From positions 1 through 56,431 of the IMG/VR virus record IMGVR_UViG_3300030102_003788: a stretch of DNA of 56,431 nt; one strand, written 5' to 3'. The translations under genes and the position numbers were made by a program. Source of the DNA: a virus (taxonomy: Duplodnaviria > Caudoviricetes). The notes below the pieces were generated by a model, which did not search any database, was not told the DNA's origin, and saw only the letters and a program-made list of their open reading frames with translations. Every line of letters begins with the position of its first letter. Position 1 is the stretch's first letter. Below, piece after piece: positions 44,715 to 54,827 of the stretch.

Positions 44715-47700
44715 ATGCCAGAGTTAAAACGTAACTTTACTCAAGGTCGAATGAATAAAGATCTTGACGAAAGACTAGTACCTAATGGTGAATATAGAGA
44801 TGCTTTAAACATAGAGGTTAACACTTCTGAGGGTTCTAATGCTGGAACTGTACAATCACTAAAAGGTAATACTTTATTAAACACAGATCAAATTGGTAGT
44901 ACAGATTTAGATTTTTTAACAGCTGACAGCCACTTGTTTTCAAAAGATGCGGTTTGTGTTGGTTCTATAGCTGATAAAGCTAAAAACAAAATATATTATT
45001 TTGTTACAGATCCACATAGAAACTATGATGCTAGCTGGGAAACTGGTGATTATGCTTTAAACAATACTTATGTTCACGCCAAACAAGATAGCTCTGGTAA
45101 CGTAGACGTAAAGCATAAAATATATTCTGATTACATAATAGAATATAACGAAAGTAGTGATAATGCTAAATACGTTTTTGTAGAACACGTAAAAGTTAAC
45201 ACTAAGCTTTCTAATGATCAGCATGCAAAAGGTGATCATTTACATGTAAGTAATTTAGGTTTGCCTGGTGATATAAGGCCTGTGGGTATACAAGTTGGTA
45301 TGGAAGTTTACATGCAAGGTATAAAAACTTCTGTAATAAAAATAGAAGAAGATACCGACTCTGGTTATAACGGTTGGAGAATATATACCGAGCACGATGC
45401 AAGTGACTTGGGATATAGCATTTTAGGAACAGCAAATGCTGGCACAAGCGTACAGTTTAAATTACCTCATGAAAAAAGAGCGTTAGCATTTAATCATTTT
45501 GCTTCTAAAAATCCGGGTGAAGTTATTACTGGAATAAATATAATAGATGATCTTTTATTTTGGACTGACAATTTAACAGAACCTAAAAAAATAAATATAA
45601 ACCGATGTAAGTACGGATCAACATATGGTCCTCATACTGATAATGATGATGATCTTGCAAATGCCGCGGCTCATTACCATAAAAACGGAACTAGAAAATA
45701 TCCTACGCTTTTAATAGTTAACGGTCAAATACCTGACAACGCAACAAACGCTAGATTAGCGTCCTTAGACGATTACGCGTCTGCAATAAACTATCCTTTC
45801 TTTTCTTACAAACATGCTACCGTAATAAAGAACACGCCTACGTCTTCTTTAGATATGATAATGTCTAACACTACAAAAGCTGATATACAGCCAAAAGACG
45901 GTAATATTGTAGTAGAACAAGATGTTCAACTTCCTTTTGACGATCCAAATGTTGCTTCTAGTAGTTTCTTTTTTGATGAAGCTGGTGGAAGATTAACAAA
46001 TGGAGAAACAACACCGTCTTTAACTTTTGCACAGTCTTTAGACTGGGAAGAAGGAGATGTAGTTGAATTTTATCCAGAAGATGATGAGGCTGGTTTTGAT
46101 GGAAGTTCTTTAGTTACTGCCCTTGTAGATTCTAAAACAGCAGGAAACACATTTACTTTTGAAATACAAGCGATGTCTACTAAAATAATAAAACCTCTTG
46201 TTAATTTTAGAGCTAGACTACAACAAAAAGATCCTTTGTTTGAATTTAAATTTCCAAGGTTTGCTTATAGATGGAAATATGAAGACGGTGAGTACTCTGC
46301 TTTTTCACCTTTTTCAGAGGTTGCGTTTATTCCAGATAGATTTGATTACCACCCAAGAAAAGGTCATAATTTAGGAATGACAAATAATTTAAGATATTTA
46401 TTACTTTATGGTTTTAAACCTATAACAACACCTTTAGATGTTGTTGAAATAGATATTTTATATAAAGAATCAAACTCTCCAAATATTTACACTGTAGAAA
46501 CAATTAAATCACCTAGTTCTAAAACAGTAGGTAATAGATTAAGAACTGTTGATTATAAAGGTGATGAAGGTTGGTTTGGTAAAGTAGTTAAAAGAGAGAC
46601 GCCTAATACTTTAGTTACTGACTTAACTATGGTTGGAACAACATCTTTTGCTGGAAATGTAATTATTGAAAATGGTGTTTATTATTATAATATAACAAAT
46701 ACTTTTGATAACGTTAATATTAGAGTTGGAGATCAAATTAACTTTACAGCTGGGCAAACAGGTATTTCTGGAACTATTTTAATTGATTCTTTTTTAATTA
46801 ATGAAACAGACAAAAGCTATTTATCTCTTACTGCTGACGGTACTGCTGTTACAAGTACGGCATCAACTTGGTTATACGATGGTAGTCCTTTTGAAATAAA
46901 AAGAACTATAGCTAGAAAGCCGGCGTTTAATGTAGATGATCCTGTAGGTTCTTTAGAAATAAAATCAGATCTAATACACGCCGCCGTACCTTCTAATCAA
47001 TTATTAAGACCTTATGATAATGTTCCTAGAAAAGCACTAGGCCAAGAAGTAACTGCTAATAGAATTGTTTATGCTAATTATATACATCAGTTTAATATAG
47101 TTGGTAAAAACGATAAAAACACTATAAAACAAAAATTTAAAACAGCTATACGTAAAAGAAAAAATATTAGAGATAATATACAATATGATGAAAACACAGC
47201 TTTAGTACATCCAACTACAGGTCAAATAATAAAATGGTACAACCCATTAAACGCTTTAAATACAGAAGCTAGGGAGCCAGAAAAATCTTTAAAATCGTTA
47301 AGAACTTATCAGGTAGGTATGGCTTACGTAGATGAGTTTGGTAGAACAACACCTGTTCAAACTCATGAATCAGGTGTTATTAAGGTTAAAAAAAGTAAAG
47401 CTGATGATTACAATGGTTTAACAGTAAGACTTGAAGAAACAGATGATTGGCCTGTTTGGGCTACTCATTTTAAAATTTATGTAAAAGAAACTTCTAATGA
47501 ATATTATAATTTAGCACTTGATAGGTTTTACGATGCTAAAGATGGTAATATTTGGCTTAGTTTTCCTTCTTCTGAGAGAAATAAAGTTGATGAAGACACG
47601 TATTTAATACTTAAAAAACAACATGATAACGATGAGTTTGTAGTTGAAAAAGCTAGATATAAAATTATAGCAATAGAAAATGAAGCACCTTTATTTGTAA

Positions 47701-50700
47701 AAACAAAATTTGATACTCTTGGTACAGTAACACCACCTTCTTTCCCAACAGATGGTGAGCCAAAAATAGATCAGTCACACTTTGATTTACCATCTAGTTT
47801 ATTTAAAGAAGGCTCTTCTTTTGAAGATGTAAATAATGCTACAGATAGATCTGTTAGGATTTCTAACGCTACCAATACTTCGGATTGGTATGATATATCC
47901 GCCATATCTGAGTATGGTGGTAATAGACGTGTTGTAGTTAAAAAACCTTTTGGATTAGATATGTCATGGACAACTGATGATGGTACTAATGATGGTACTT
48001 TAAAAAGTGGCTTGTCAATAGAAATAGCTAGTAAAAAAGTAAAAAACTTACCAGAGTTTAACGGTAGATTTTTTGTTAAAATACATAAAGACGCTGTTTT
48101 TTCAAAAAATATTTTATCTAAAGCAGACCAAAAAGTGTACATAGTAACAAATAGTACAAGTTTAGGTTATCAAAGAAATGTTCCAGATAATGACAATTAC
48201 TATAAAAACGCTTGGCTGATTGGTAACGACCCAGAGCCAAATGATGTACCAAGTCAAACGTATTTTGTAAGTAAAATAGATCATAGATCCGAGTGGTACC
48301 CACCTACAGGAGGTACTAGAGGTCTTAAAAGTTTTACAGATCAAAACTATAGCACTCTAGATATACAAATGCACTGGAGCAAAGCTGGTACAGGTTGGAT
48401 AAGAGCTAAAAAAGAGAGTAAAAGAGCAGAGTTTGGTATTACTAAATACGGTAATAATTTTACTGGTGGTGATTCTAAAAAACTAGCTATAGCAGAAAAA
48501 TTTAGAGGACCTGGAACTTTGTTTAGGTTTAAAGGTGACACCACTATATACAGGGTTAAAACATCAGGTTATGAGTGGATGGTTGAAAATTACGCTCGTT
48601 CTTCTGCTGATTGGTGGGGTAGCGAAGAAGGGTCTAGAGATAGATCAAATCATAGTGTAATGATAAGAATGGAATTTGAACCTAAATTAGGTACCACTGG
48701 TGTCGATGCTGTTGGTAGAGCAGGCACAGGTTACAATCCTTTTACTGACAACTGGGAGGGTGTTAACGGAGTAGAAGAAGGTGCATCATCAGGCGTTGCT
48801 TGGAGTGATCAGTTTAGACACCACTACGGAAATCCAGGTGATAATGCGGAAGCCTTAAGACATATTGAGTTTTTAGAAGAACTTCCTGTTGACAGTTCTT
48901 ATACAAGTGATAATCCAGCTATATTTGAAACAGAACCAAAAGAAGATATTGGTTTAGATATTTATCACGAAGCTAGTGATTGTTTAGCAATAGACCAAGA
49001 GTTTTCAACTTATAAAAATCGTTTTGAAAGCTCGCATTACTACACTAGTTATAATCCTTTACAATATTACAACTGTTTTTCTTTTGCTAACGGTGTTGAG
49101 TCAAATAGAATTAGAGATGACTTTAACGCTGTAACAATAGATAAAGGACCTAAGGTTTCCACTGTATTAGCAGAGCAATATAAAGAAGAGCGTAGAAAGT
49201 CAGGATTAATATATTCAGGTATATATAACAGTATTAGCGGTGTTAATAACTTAAATCAATTTATACAGGCAGAAAAAATAACTAAAGATTTAAACCCTAC
49301 TTACGGTAGTATACAAAAGCTTTGGTCAAAAGACACAAACTTAACAGCTTTATGTGAAGATAGAGTTATAAACATACTTGCTAATAAAGACGCTTTGTTT
49401 AATGCTGATGGTAATGCTAACGTAACATCAACAAATAGAGTTTTAGGTAATGCAAAACCTTATGGTGGTGACTATGGAATATCTACAGATCCTAGTTCTT
49501 TTGCTTATGATGAATATAGAGCTTACTTTACAGACAAAGCAAGAGGTGCTGTTTTAAGATTATCAGCGCAAGGTCTAGTGCCTATATCTGACATGGGTAT
49601 GAGAGATTATTTTAAAGATGCTTTTAGAGCAAAAGACATAACTCTTGTAGGTAGTTATGATGATAATAAAGGATTGTACAATTTAACTATAAGATCAAAA
49701 CACCTAGAAACTTTGTCAACAACTGATGACGAAGACGACACAGGACTTATTGTTATAAACACAGGTCCTATACCTACAGACGGCAATCCTCTTGGAAATT
49801 GGTTTAGATATGGTGGTGTAGTAGATCACTGGGCTGAGTGGATTGAAACCAATGGTGCTAGTAGTTCTCAACAACCCGCTAATATTATAGGTAATACTGG
49901 CACGACAACAAGAGGTTGGACTGGTATAAGAGCGGGAAGCGAGTCTCTTCCGACTAGTAATCCACACGGTGCATCAGGTGTTTATGGCGCTAATCCAACT
50001 TTAGAAAATCCAATAACACTTTGGTTTGACAAAATAACAACTGGGTATAGCTGGTTACCAGCTACAGATAGCACACCTAATTGGAACGCTTTAATAAATG
50101 CTCTTAACACGCATGGGCCTAATAATGTTTATTTATATCAAACTTTTTTGTATGCAAATACACCTATTTATAATCCAGCTCTTGGCGCTTCTGGGATTAA
50201 TGTTATACAAGCTTTTATAAATTGGCCTAACAACTGGGGCCATCAAAACCAACCAGAAACAGTTTACTCTATTGAAAGCATATTTTATGACACGGTAAAA
50301 GAAGCTTACGAAGTAAAAGTAAATTGGCTTGTTGGTTACAGTGGTTATCAAGATACACAGATGTTTAAATGGTCTTTGCAAGGGCCTTTTGAAGTCCAAG
50401 ACGATGATAATATTAATGATTTTGCATCAGATGGTTTAAACGATACTAATACTGGCTTAGTGAATATCACGGCTAGCTATAGTGAAAAAAGCAAAGGTTG
50501 GGTAACGTTTCAGTCTTGGTTAAAAGAATCTGGTTTAAGTCTTAATGATAAATATTATACTTTTAGAGGTGGTAATATATATGAACACCATAGCAGCGAA
50601 ACTAGAAATAATTTCTACGGAATACAACACGTGTCTAAGGTTTGTGTTCTTTTTAACGATATACCAAGTAGTGTAAAGCATTTTAGCTCGTTAAATTACG

Positions 50701-51032
50701 AAGGAACTCAGTCTAGAGTTTTAGCAAATATAACTGACGATGAATTTTACAATAATGCGCCTGTTGATGGTTGGTATTCTAGCTATATAGAAACAGATTT
50801 AGAAACAGGATATATACCTGAGTTCAAAAGAAAAGAAGGTAAATGGTTTAATTTTATAAGAAGTAATAAATCTAACAACATTACTAATTTTGATCCAAAA
50901 ACATTTTCAACACAAGGTATAGGTAAATTATCTGCTATTAGTAGCGTTGTTTCTTCTACAGATAATACAGCTACAGATACAGCTGTTGTAAGAAATAAAG
51001 TAACAATTAAAGATACTGGAGATACAGATTAA
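44715..51032 (+). CDS. Large tail stabilisation/nozzle protein (P22 gp10-like)
   Basis: N-terminus F..GRMNKDLDERLVPNGEYRDALNI; LFWTDNLTEPKKINI, GVESNRIRDDFN, YGIS.DP.SF...YFTD and KEGKWF. Confidence 0.72.
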   Translation: MPELKRNFTQGRMNKDLDERLVPNGEYRDALNIEVNTSEGSNAGTVQSLKGNTLLNTDQIGSTDLDFLTADSHLFSKDAVCVGSIADKAKNKIYYFVTDPHRNYDASWETGDYALNNTYVHAKQDSSGNVDVKHKIYSDYIIEYNESSDNAKYVFVEHVKVNTKLSNDQHAKGDHLHVSNLGLPGDIRPVGIQVGMEVYMQGIKTSVIKIEEDTDSGYNGWRIYTEHDASDLGYSILGTANAGTSVQFKLPHEKRALAFNHFASKNPGEVITGINIIDDLLFWTDNLTEPKKININRCKYGSTYGPHTDNDDDLANAAAHYHKNGTRKYPTLLIVNGQIPDNATNARLASLDDYASAINYPFFSYKHATVIKNTPTSSLDMIMSNTTKADIQPKDGNIVVEQDVQLPFDDPNVASSSFFFDEAGGRLTNGETTPSLTFAQSLDWEEGDVVEFYPEDDEAGFDGSSLVTALVDSKTAGNTFTFEIQAMSTKIIKPLVNFRARLQQKDPLFEFKFPRFAYRWKYEDGEYSAFSPFSEVAFIPDRFDYHPRKGHNLGMTNNLRYLLLYGFKPITTPLDVVEIDILYKESNSPNIYTVETIKSPSSKTVGNRLRTVDYKGDEGWFGKVVKRETPNTLVTDLTMVGTTSFAGNVIIENGVYYYNITNTFDNVNIRVGDQINFTAGQTGISGTILIDSFLINETDKSYLSLTADGTAVTSTASTWLYDGSPFEIKRTIARKPAFNVDDPVGSLEIKSDLIHAAVPSNQLLRPYDNVPRKALGQEVTANRIVYANYIHQFNIVGKNDKNTIKQKFKTAIRKRKNIRDNIQYDENTALVHPTTGQIIKWYNPLNALNTEAREPEKSLKSLRTYQVGMAYVDEFGRTTPVQTHESGVIKVKKSKADDYNGLTVRLEETDDWPVWATHFKIYVKETSNEYYNLALDRFYDAKDGNIWLSFPSSERNKVDEDTYLILKKQHDNDEFVVEKARYKIIAIENEAPLFVKTKFDTLGTVTPPSFPTDGEPKIDQSHFDLPSSLFKEGSSFEDVNNATDRSVRISNATNTSDWYDISAISEYGGNRRVVVKKPFGLDMSWTTDDGTNDGTLKSGLSIEIASKKVKNLPEFNGRFFVKIHKDAVFSKNILSKADQKVYIVTNSTSLGYQRNVPDNDNYYKNAWLIGNDPEPNDVPSQTYFVSKIDHRSEWYPPTGGTRGLKSFTDQNYSTLDIQMHWSKAGTGWIRAKKESKRAEFGITKYGNNFTGGDSKKLAIAEKFRGPGTLFRFKGDTTIYRVKTSGYEWMVENYARSSADWWGSEEGSRDRSNHSVMIRMEFEPKLGTTGVDAVGRAGTGYNPFTDNWEGVNGVEEGASSGVAWSDQFRHHYGNPGDNAEALRHIEFLEELPVDSSYTSDNPAIFETEPKEDIGLDIYHEASDCLAIDQEFSTYKNRFESSHYYTSYNPLQYYNCFSFANGVESNRIRDDFNAVTIDKGPKVSTVLAEQYKEERRKSGLIYSGIYNSISGVNNLNQFIQAEKITKDLNPTYGSIQKLWSKDTNLTALCEDRVINILANKDALFNADGNANVTSTNRVLGNAKPYGGDYGISTDPSSFAYDEYRAYFTDKARGAVLRLSAQGLVPISDMGMRDYFKDAFRAKDITLVGSYDDNKGLYNLTIRSKHLETLSTTDDEDDTGLIVINTGPIPTDGNPLGNWFRYGGVVDHWAEWIETNGASSSQQPANIIGNTGTTTRGWTGIRAGSESLPTSNPHGASGVYGANPTLENPITLWFDKITTGYSWLPATDSTPNWNALINALNTHGPNNVYLYQTFLYANTPIYNPALGASGINVIQAFINWPNNWGHQNQPETVYSIESIFYDTVKEAYEVKVNWLVGYSGYQDTQMFKWSLQGPFEVQDDDNINDFASDGLNDTNTGLVNITASYSEKSKGWVTFQSWLKESGLSLNDKYYTFRGGNIYEHHSSETRNNFYGIQHVSKVCVLFNDIPSSVKHFSSLNYEGTQSRVLANITDDEFYNNAPVDGWYSSYIETDLETGYIPEFKRKEGKWFNFIRSNKSNNITNFDPKTFSTQGIGKLSAISSVVSSTDNTATDTAVVRNKVTIKDTGDTD

Positions 51033-51034
51033 TT

Positions 51035-53320
51035 ATGGCAAACAATTATACAACATCACAACCAACAACAGTAGAGTTTTCAGGAGATAGTGTAGCAGCC
51101 GGCACAATGCCTGGTACTTACGATATTATAATAACTGCTAACCCAGGTTATACAGTTCAAGCTTCTGACTTTACTATAGGTTCTACTTTACCAGTTGAAG
51201 TTGCTAGTGTTAACTTTTCTGACACCACAACAGCTTTAGATCCTTCTAATCAGGTTATAGCTAGAGTTAATTTAGTACAAACTTTTACAATGCCATCAAC
51301 AGCTGTTACTATAGAAGTTGATATAGACGGCACGGCACACTTACCAAAAAGAGCAGCTAATTGGAACATTGTTAACAACATTGTTTCTAACGCTGTAACT
51401 GGCTTTACTTTTAATTCTGATCTTGGCACTAGTAGTGTTAGTAATATTACCTCTGGATCTACTCGTACTAGAGCTTGCTCGTATACAAATGGTTTACCTA
51501 TAAACTCTGTTGTTAAACTAGGCTCCTTTGATTTTGCGGCTAGTGTTAATTACTATATGCCTTCAGAACCTTCTTTTAGAATATCTGGTGATAATGCTGA
51601 TAGATTTATAATATCTGAAAGACTAGATTTAAGAACAGAAGATACTAGTTCGGTTAGCAACTTAACATTGTTAACTAAAGTCTCTTATGATATATTTTAT
51701 GACACTGGAAAAGTTTTATTATCTGGTGAGAGGCTTAAACGAAACACTATATATGCTACGATGCCAAACGTGTTAGCGTATCCAACTATGAAAACATGTA
51801 TCTATAATGTTGTTGTTGAAGGACATAAAAATAATGATATTATACCCGCTGAAAGCAAAGACTACTACGTGTGTGTTTATGGCGTTCCTGGCGCTACCTA
51901 TGATTTGAAAGTTGAAGACAACAATAATCTTTCTTATGATTTTGAAAATGAAATTTTTACAAGAGAAGCAACAAAACTACAAGGCACTATAGTAGACCCT
52001 GGTTTATTAGCTAGATACGATAACAAAAACAAACACAAAGTTTTTATACAAGCCTTTTTTAAAGAAGCTAACTATGATAAAAGTTACAAGGTAACTTTAA
52101 CACCTACTGGAACAACAACATCTTCTACAAGTAGCTCTAGCCAAAACCCTTATATAATAAACTTGTTTCAACTTGGAGAGGTTGACTATATGTTAAACGT
52201 TGCGGCACACACTACTAATGGAGCTGTACCAGCATCAACAACTATATTAAATCCTTTAAATAAAATACCGCTTTCTAAACTCCAAAACGTTGTAACAAAT
52301 TCTTTTCCAACTAATGATTATTATGGAATAACACCTAGAACTGTTAACAATGGGTATTTTACTTATTCTCAAAGATTAGCTTATACGGTTAATGGAACTG
52401 TTTCATCACATACACACGCTAGTACTTCCGTTGTTTTAACAGCAACTTCAGCAGCTTTAAAATTACAAACCGGTGATGCTGTTACTGGAACAGGCGTTGA
52501 TACTGATACAACAATAACTGTTGATGGTAGTGCTACTATTGTTTTAAGCAAAACTTCTACAGAAACTATTTCTGGTACATTAGTATTTACTAGAACAGTT
52601 GGAATATCTAGACAACCATCGTTTCAAGACTTTAAACAAAATAGTGTTAATGCTAGATTAAATGACGGTTGTTATACTTATTATTATACAACTTCTCTCG
52701 CTAGTAATAGTAATATTGTGCAGCTAAGATCTTCACCGGTAAACTCGTATAAAATAAAAGTTGGTGATTTAATACAAGGTGATAACATAACTGGGTATCC
52801 AACTGTTTCTTCTATAAGTAACGCTGGTTTATTGGTGATGTCATCAAACCAAACTTTACCAGCTAATTCTTATTTAAGTTTTTCAGAAGCTGGTAGTTCT
52901 ATTTATATAACAAAAGTAGAGGTTACTGGAGCTGGAACAGCAACTGTAAATCTTAATGTAGACGGTTATGTAGATCAAGTTGGTAACACTGATGTTACAA
53001 CAACACTTTCTTTAGATGATTTTGTAACAGCTTATTCTGCACCAACAGCGGCGGCGTTTACTGGTGATGACGCTTTTACTTGTCCACTGGGCGGTAGTAT
53101 AATTATAGAACCTTTAGATTCTTGTACAACTCACACTGGTACCTTGACTGTAGCAACAATACCTAGTGGTGGTAGAAGTGGTACGGCTATAATAAGTGGT
53201 GATGGTAAATCTATAATATATAACGCTCCTTCTACTGGTAGCTCAGATACAGTTTCTTATACTGTTAGCGACGGTATAAACGCTAGTTCGTCTGCTAATA
53301 TAACAATAACATTAACATAA
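51035..53320 (+). CDS. Probable tail fibre/appendage protein with C-terminal Ig/cadherin-like domain
   Basis: Thr/Ser-rich; ends IIYNAP...DTVSYTVSDG...ANITITLT. Confidence 0.6.
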   Translation: MANNYTTSQPTTVEFSGDSVAAGTMPGTYDIIITANPGYTVQASDFTIGSTLPVEVASVNFSDTTTALDPSNQVIARVNLVQTFTMPSTAVTIEVDIDGTAHLPKRAANWNIVNNIVSNAVTGFTFNSDLGTSSVSNITSGSTRTRACSYTNGLPINSVVKLGSFDFAASVNYYMPSEPSFRISGDNADRFIISERLDLRTEDTSSVSNLTLLTKVSYDIFYDTGKVLLSGERLKRNTIYATMPNVLAYPTMKTCIYNVVVEGHKNNDIIPAESKDYYVCVYGVPGATYDLKVEDNNNLSYDFENEIFTREATKLQGTIVDPGLLARYDNKNKHKVFIQAFFKEANYDKSYKVTLTPTGTTTSSTSSSSQNPYIINLFQLGEVDYMLNVAAHTTNGAVPASTTILNPLNKIPLSKLQNVVTNSFPTNDYYGITPRTVNNGYFTYSQRLAYTVNGTVSSHTHASTSVVLTATSAALKLQTGDAVTGTGVDTDTTITVDGSATIVLSKTSTETISGTLVFTRTVGISRQPSFQDFKQNSVNARLNDGCYTYYYTTSLASNSNIVQLRSSPVNSYKIKVGDLIQGDNITGYPTVSSISNAGLLVMSSNQTLPANSYLSFSEAGSSIYITKVEVTGAGTATVNLNVDGYVDQVGNTDVTTTLSLDDFVTAYSAPTAAAFTGDDAFTCPLGGSIIIEPLDSCTTHTGTLTVATIPSGGRSGTAIISGDGKSIIYNAPSTGSSDTVSYTVSDGINASSSANITITLT

Positions 53321-53326
53321 TAAAAT

Positions 53327-53683
53327 ATGCCATTAGCTTCATTAACATTTACAATACCTATACAAGTTTCTGTTCAAGCTGGAGACTTAATATTATATTG
53401 CCCTACAACTTTGACAGCTGGTTTTAACACAGCATCTACATCAGACGTTGTTGTTTTAGGCACGTGTGACTCTATAGCTACTGATAGATTAAGTATGGTT
53501 GTAGAGCACGATGCTAACACTGTTCTGCCATCAGCAACAGATTTTATATTATTTAGTAAAAATAAAAAAGCAAACAACAGCGGTTTAAAAGGTTATTATG
53601 CAGAAGTATGTTTTAGAAATAATTCTACTGAAGAAGCAGAGCTTTTTGGTATAAGTGCTGACATGTGGGAAAGTAGTAAATAA
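53327..53683 (+). CDS. Small tail-associated structural protein
   Basis: SVQ.GD..Y...FILFSK...N.SGLKGYYAEV.F.N.S...ELF. Confidence 0.6.
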   Translation: MPLASLTFTIPIQVSVQAGDLILYCPTTLTAGFNTASTSDVVVLGTCDSIATDRLSMVVEHDANTVLPSATDFILFSKNKKANNSGLKGYYAEVCFRNNSTEEAELFGISADMWESSK

Positions 53684-53704
53684 TTAGCAAAAAGTGTGAC
53701 TATA
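53676..53704 (+). promoter_or_regulatory. Class-2 promoter-like motif
   Basis: GTAAA-taattagcaaaaagt-GTGACTATA upstream of ORF 53725. Confidence 0.55.
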
Positions 53705-53724
53705 GTACATATAAGTTAAATTTA

Positions 53725-54195
53725 ATGAAAGATATAGTAAAAAAAGAACAAAAATTACAAGTAAGAAGTAAAATATTAGAAGCAGAAAAAGCACTAATAC
53801 CTCTTGTAGATGGAAAAAATATCGTAAAAGGTGACACAAAAGTATTTCCACTAGAACATATGTTTGTTGATGGTGTTTATGTTAGGCAAATGTCAATGAA
53901 AAAAGACTCAGCGGTAATAGGAAAAATACATAAAAACGAACATGTCTGGTTTTTATTGTCTGGGCATTTATCTGTTGCTTCAGAAACAAACGTTAATGAT
54001 TACATGGCACCTTGCTATGTAAAAGCTGCAGCGGGTTCAAAAAGAGTTATATATGCTTATGAAGACTCTGTTTGGGTTAATGTTTATCCTAATCCTACTA
54101 ACACAGAAGATTTAAAGCAGTTAGAAAAAGAAATAATAGTAAAAGATTACGAAGAATTTGAAGAATATATTAATAATAAAAACAATATAATATGA
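53725..54195 (+). CDS. Cupin-like protein preceding the ejection-protein genes
   Basis: HMFVDGVYVRQM...GKIHK.EH...LLSG...G.KR pattern. Confidence 0.6.
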   Translation: MKDIVKKEQKLQVRSKILEAEKALIPLVDGKNIVKGDTKVFPLEHMFVDGVYVRQMSMKKDSAVIGKIHKNEHVWFLLSGHLSVASETNVNDYMAPCYVKAAAGSKRVIYAYEDSVWVNVYPNPTNTEDLKQLEKEIIVKDYEEFEEYINNKNNII

Positions 54196-54815
54196 GTTGG
54201 GTAATGGTTGGTGTTGCCGTTGTAGGTGGTGCCAGTAAAATGATAGCAGCAAATCAAGAGCGTAAAGCTAGACAAAGAGAGCAAGAGCGTGCAAACCGTG
54301 AAATGGCACAGCAAAAAAGAGCCTTACAAGGCTTAGAGCTCTCTAATCCTTATGCCGACATGGAAAACACTATGGAGGATTTAACAATCAACCAACAGCA
54401 GGTTGCTTACGAAACACAGCAAACAGCTGTTAATCAAGCTAACACTATGCAAGCTCTACAAGGGGCGGCTGGTGGATCTGGTATAGCTGGTCTAGCTCAA
54501 CAAATAATGAATCAAGGTCAACAAGCTGCACAAAAGACAGCCGCTGGTATTGCTCAACAAGAAAGAGCAAATCAAATGGCTCAAGCACAACAAGCGGCTC
54601 AATTGCAAAATCAAAGAGCACAAGGTGAGCAATACGTTTATAACAAACAACAAGAAAATATTACTGGTCAACTAAGAATGGCTGCTGCTGAAAAAGCTGC
54701 TGCAACAGAGGGTTTAATAAAAGCTAATACCGCAATGTGGTCTGGTGCTAATGAATTAGCTGGTGGAGTTGGTGGAGCAATAACTCAAATACAAGCAAAC
54801 AAAGCAGGTGCTTAA
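54192..54815 (+). CDS. Probable internal virion (DNA ejection/pilot) protein
   Basis: Hydrophobic Gly/Ala N-terminus and Gln/Ala-rich helical body. Confidence 0.6.
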   Translation: MSWVMVGVAVVGGASKMIAANQERKARQREQERANREMAQQKRALQGLELSNPYADMENTMEDLTINQQQVAYETQQTAVNQANTMQALQGAAGGSGIAGLAQQIMNQGQQAAQKTAAGIAQQERANQMAQAQQAAQLQNQRAQGEQYVYNKQQENITGQLRMAAAEKAAATEGLIKANTAMWSGANELAGGVGGAITQIQANKAGA

Positions 54816-54827
54816 TAAATTATAGAT

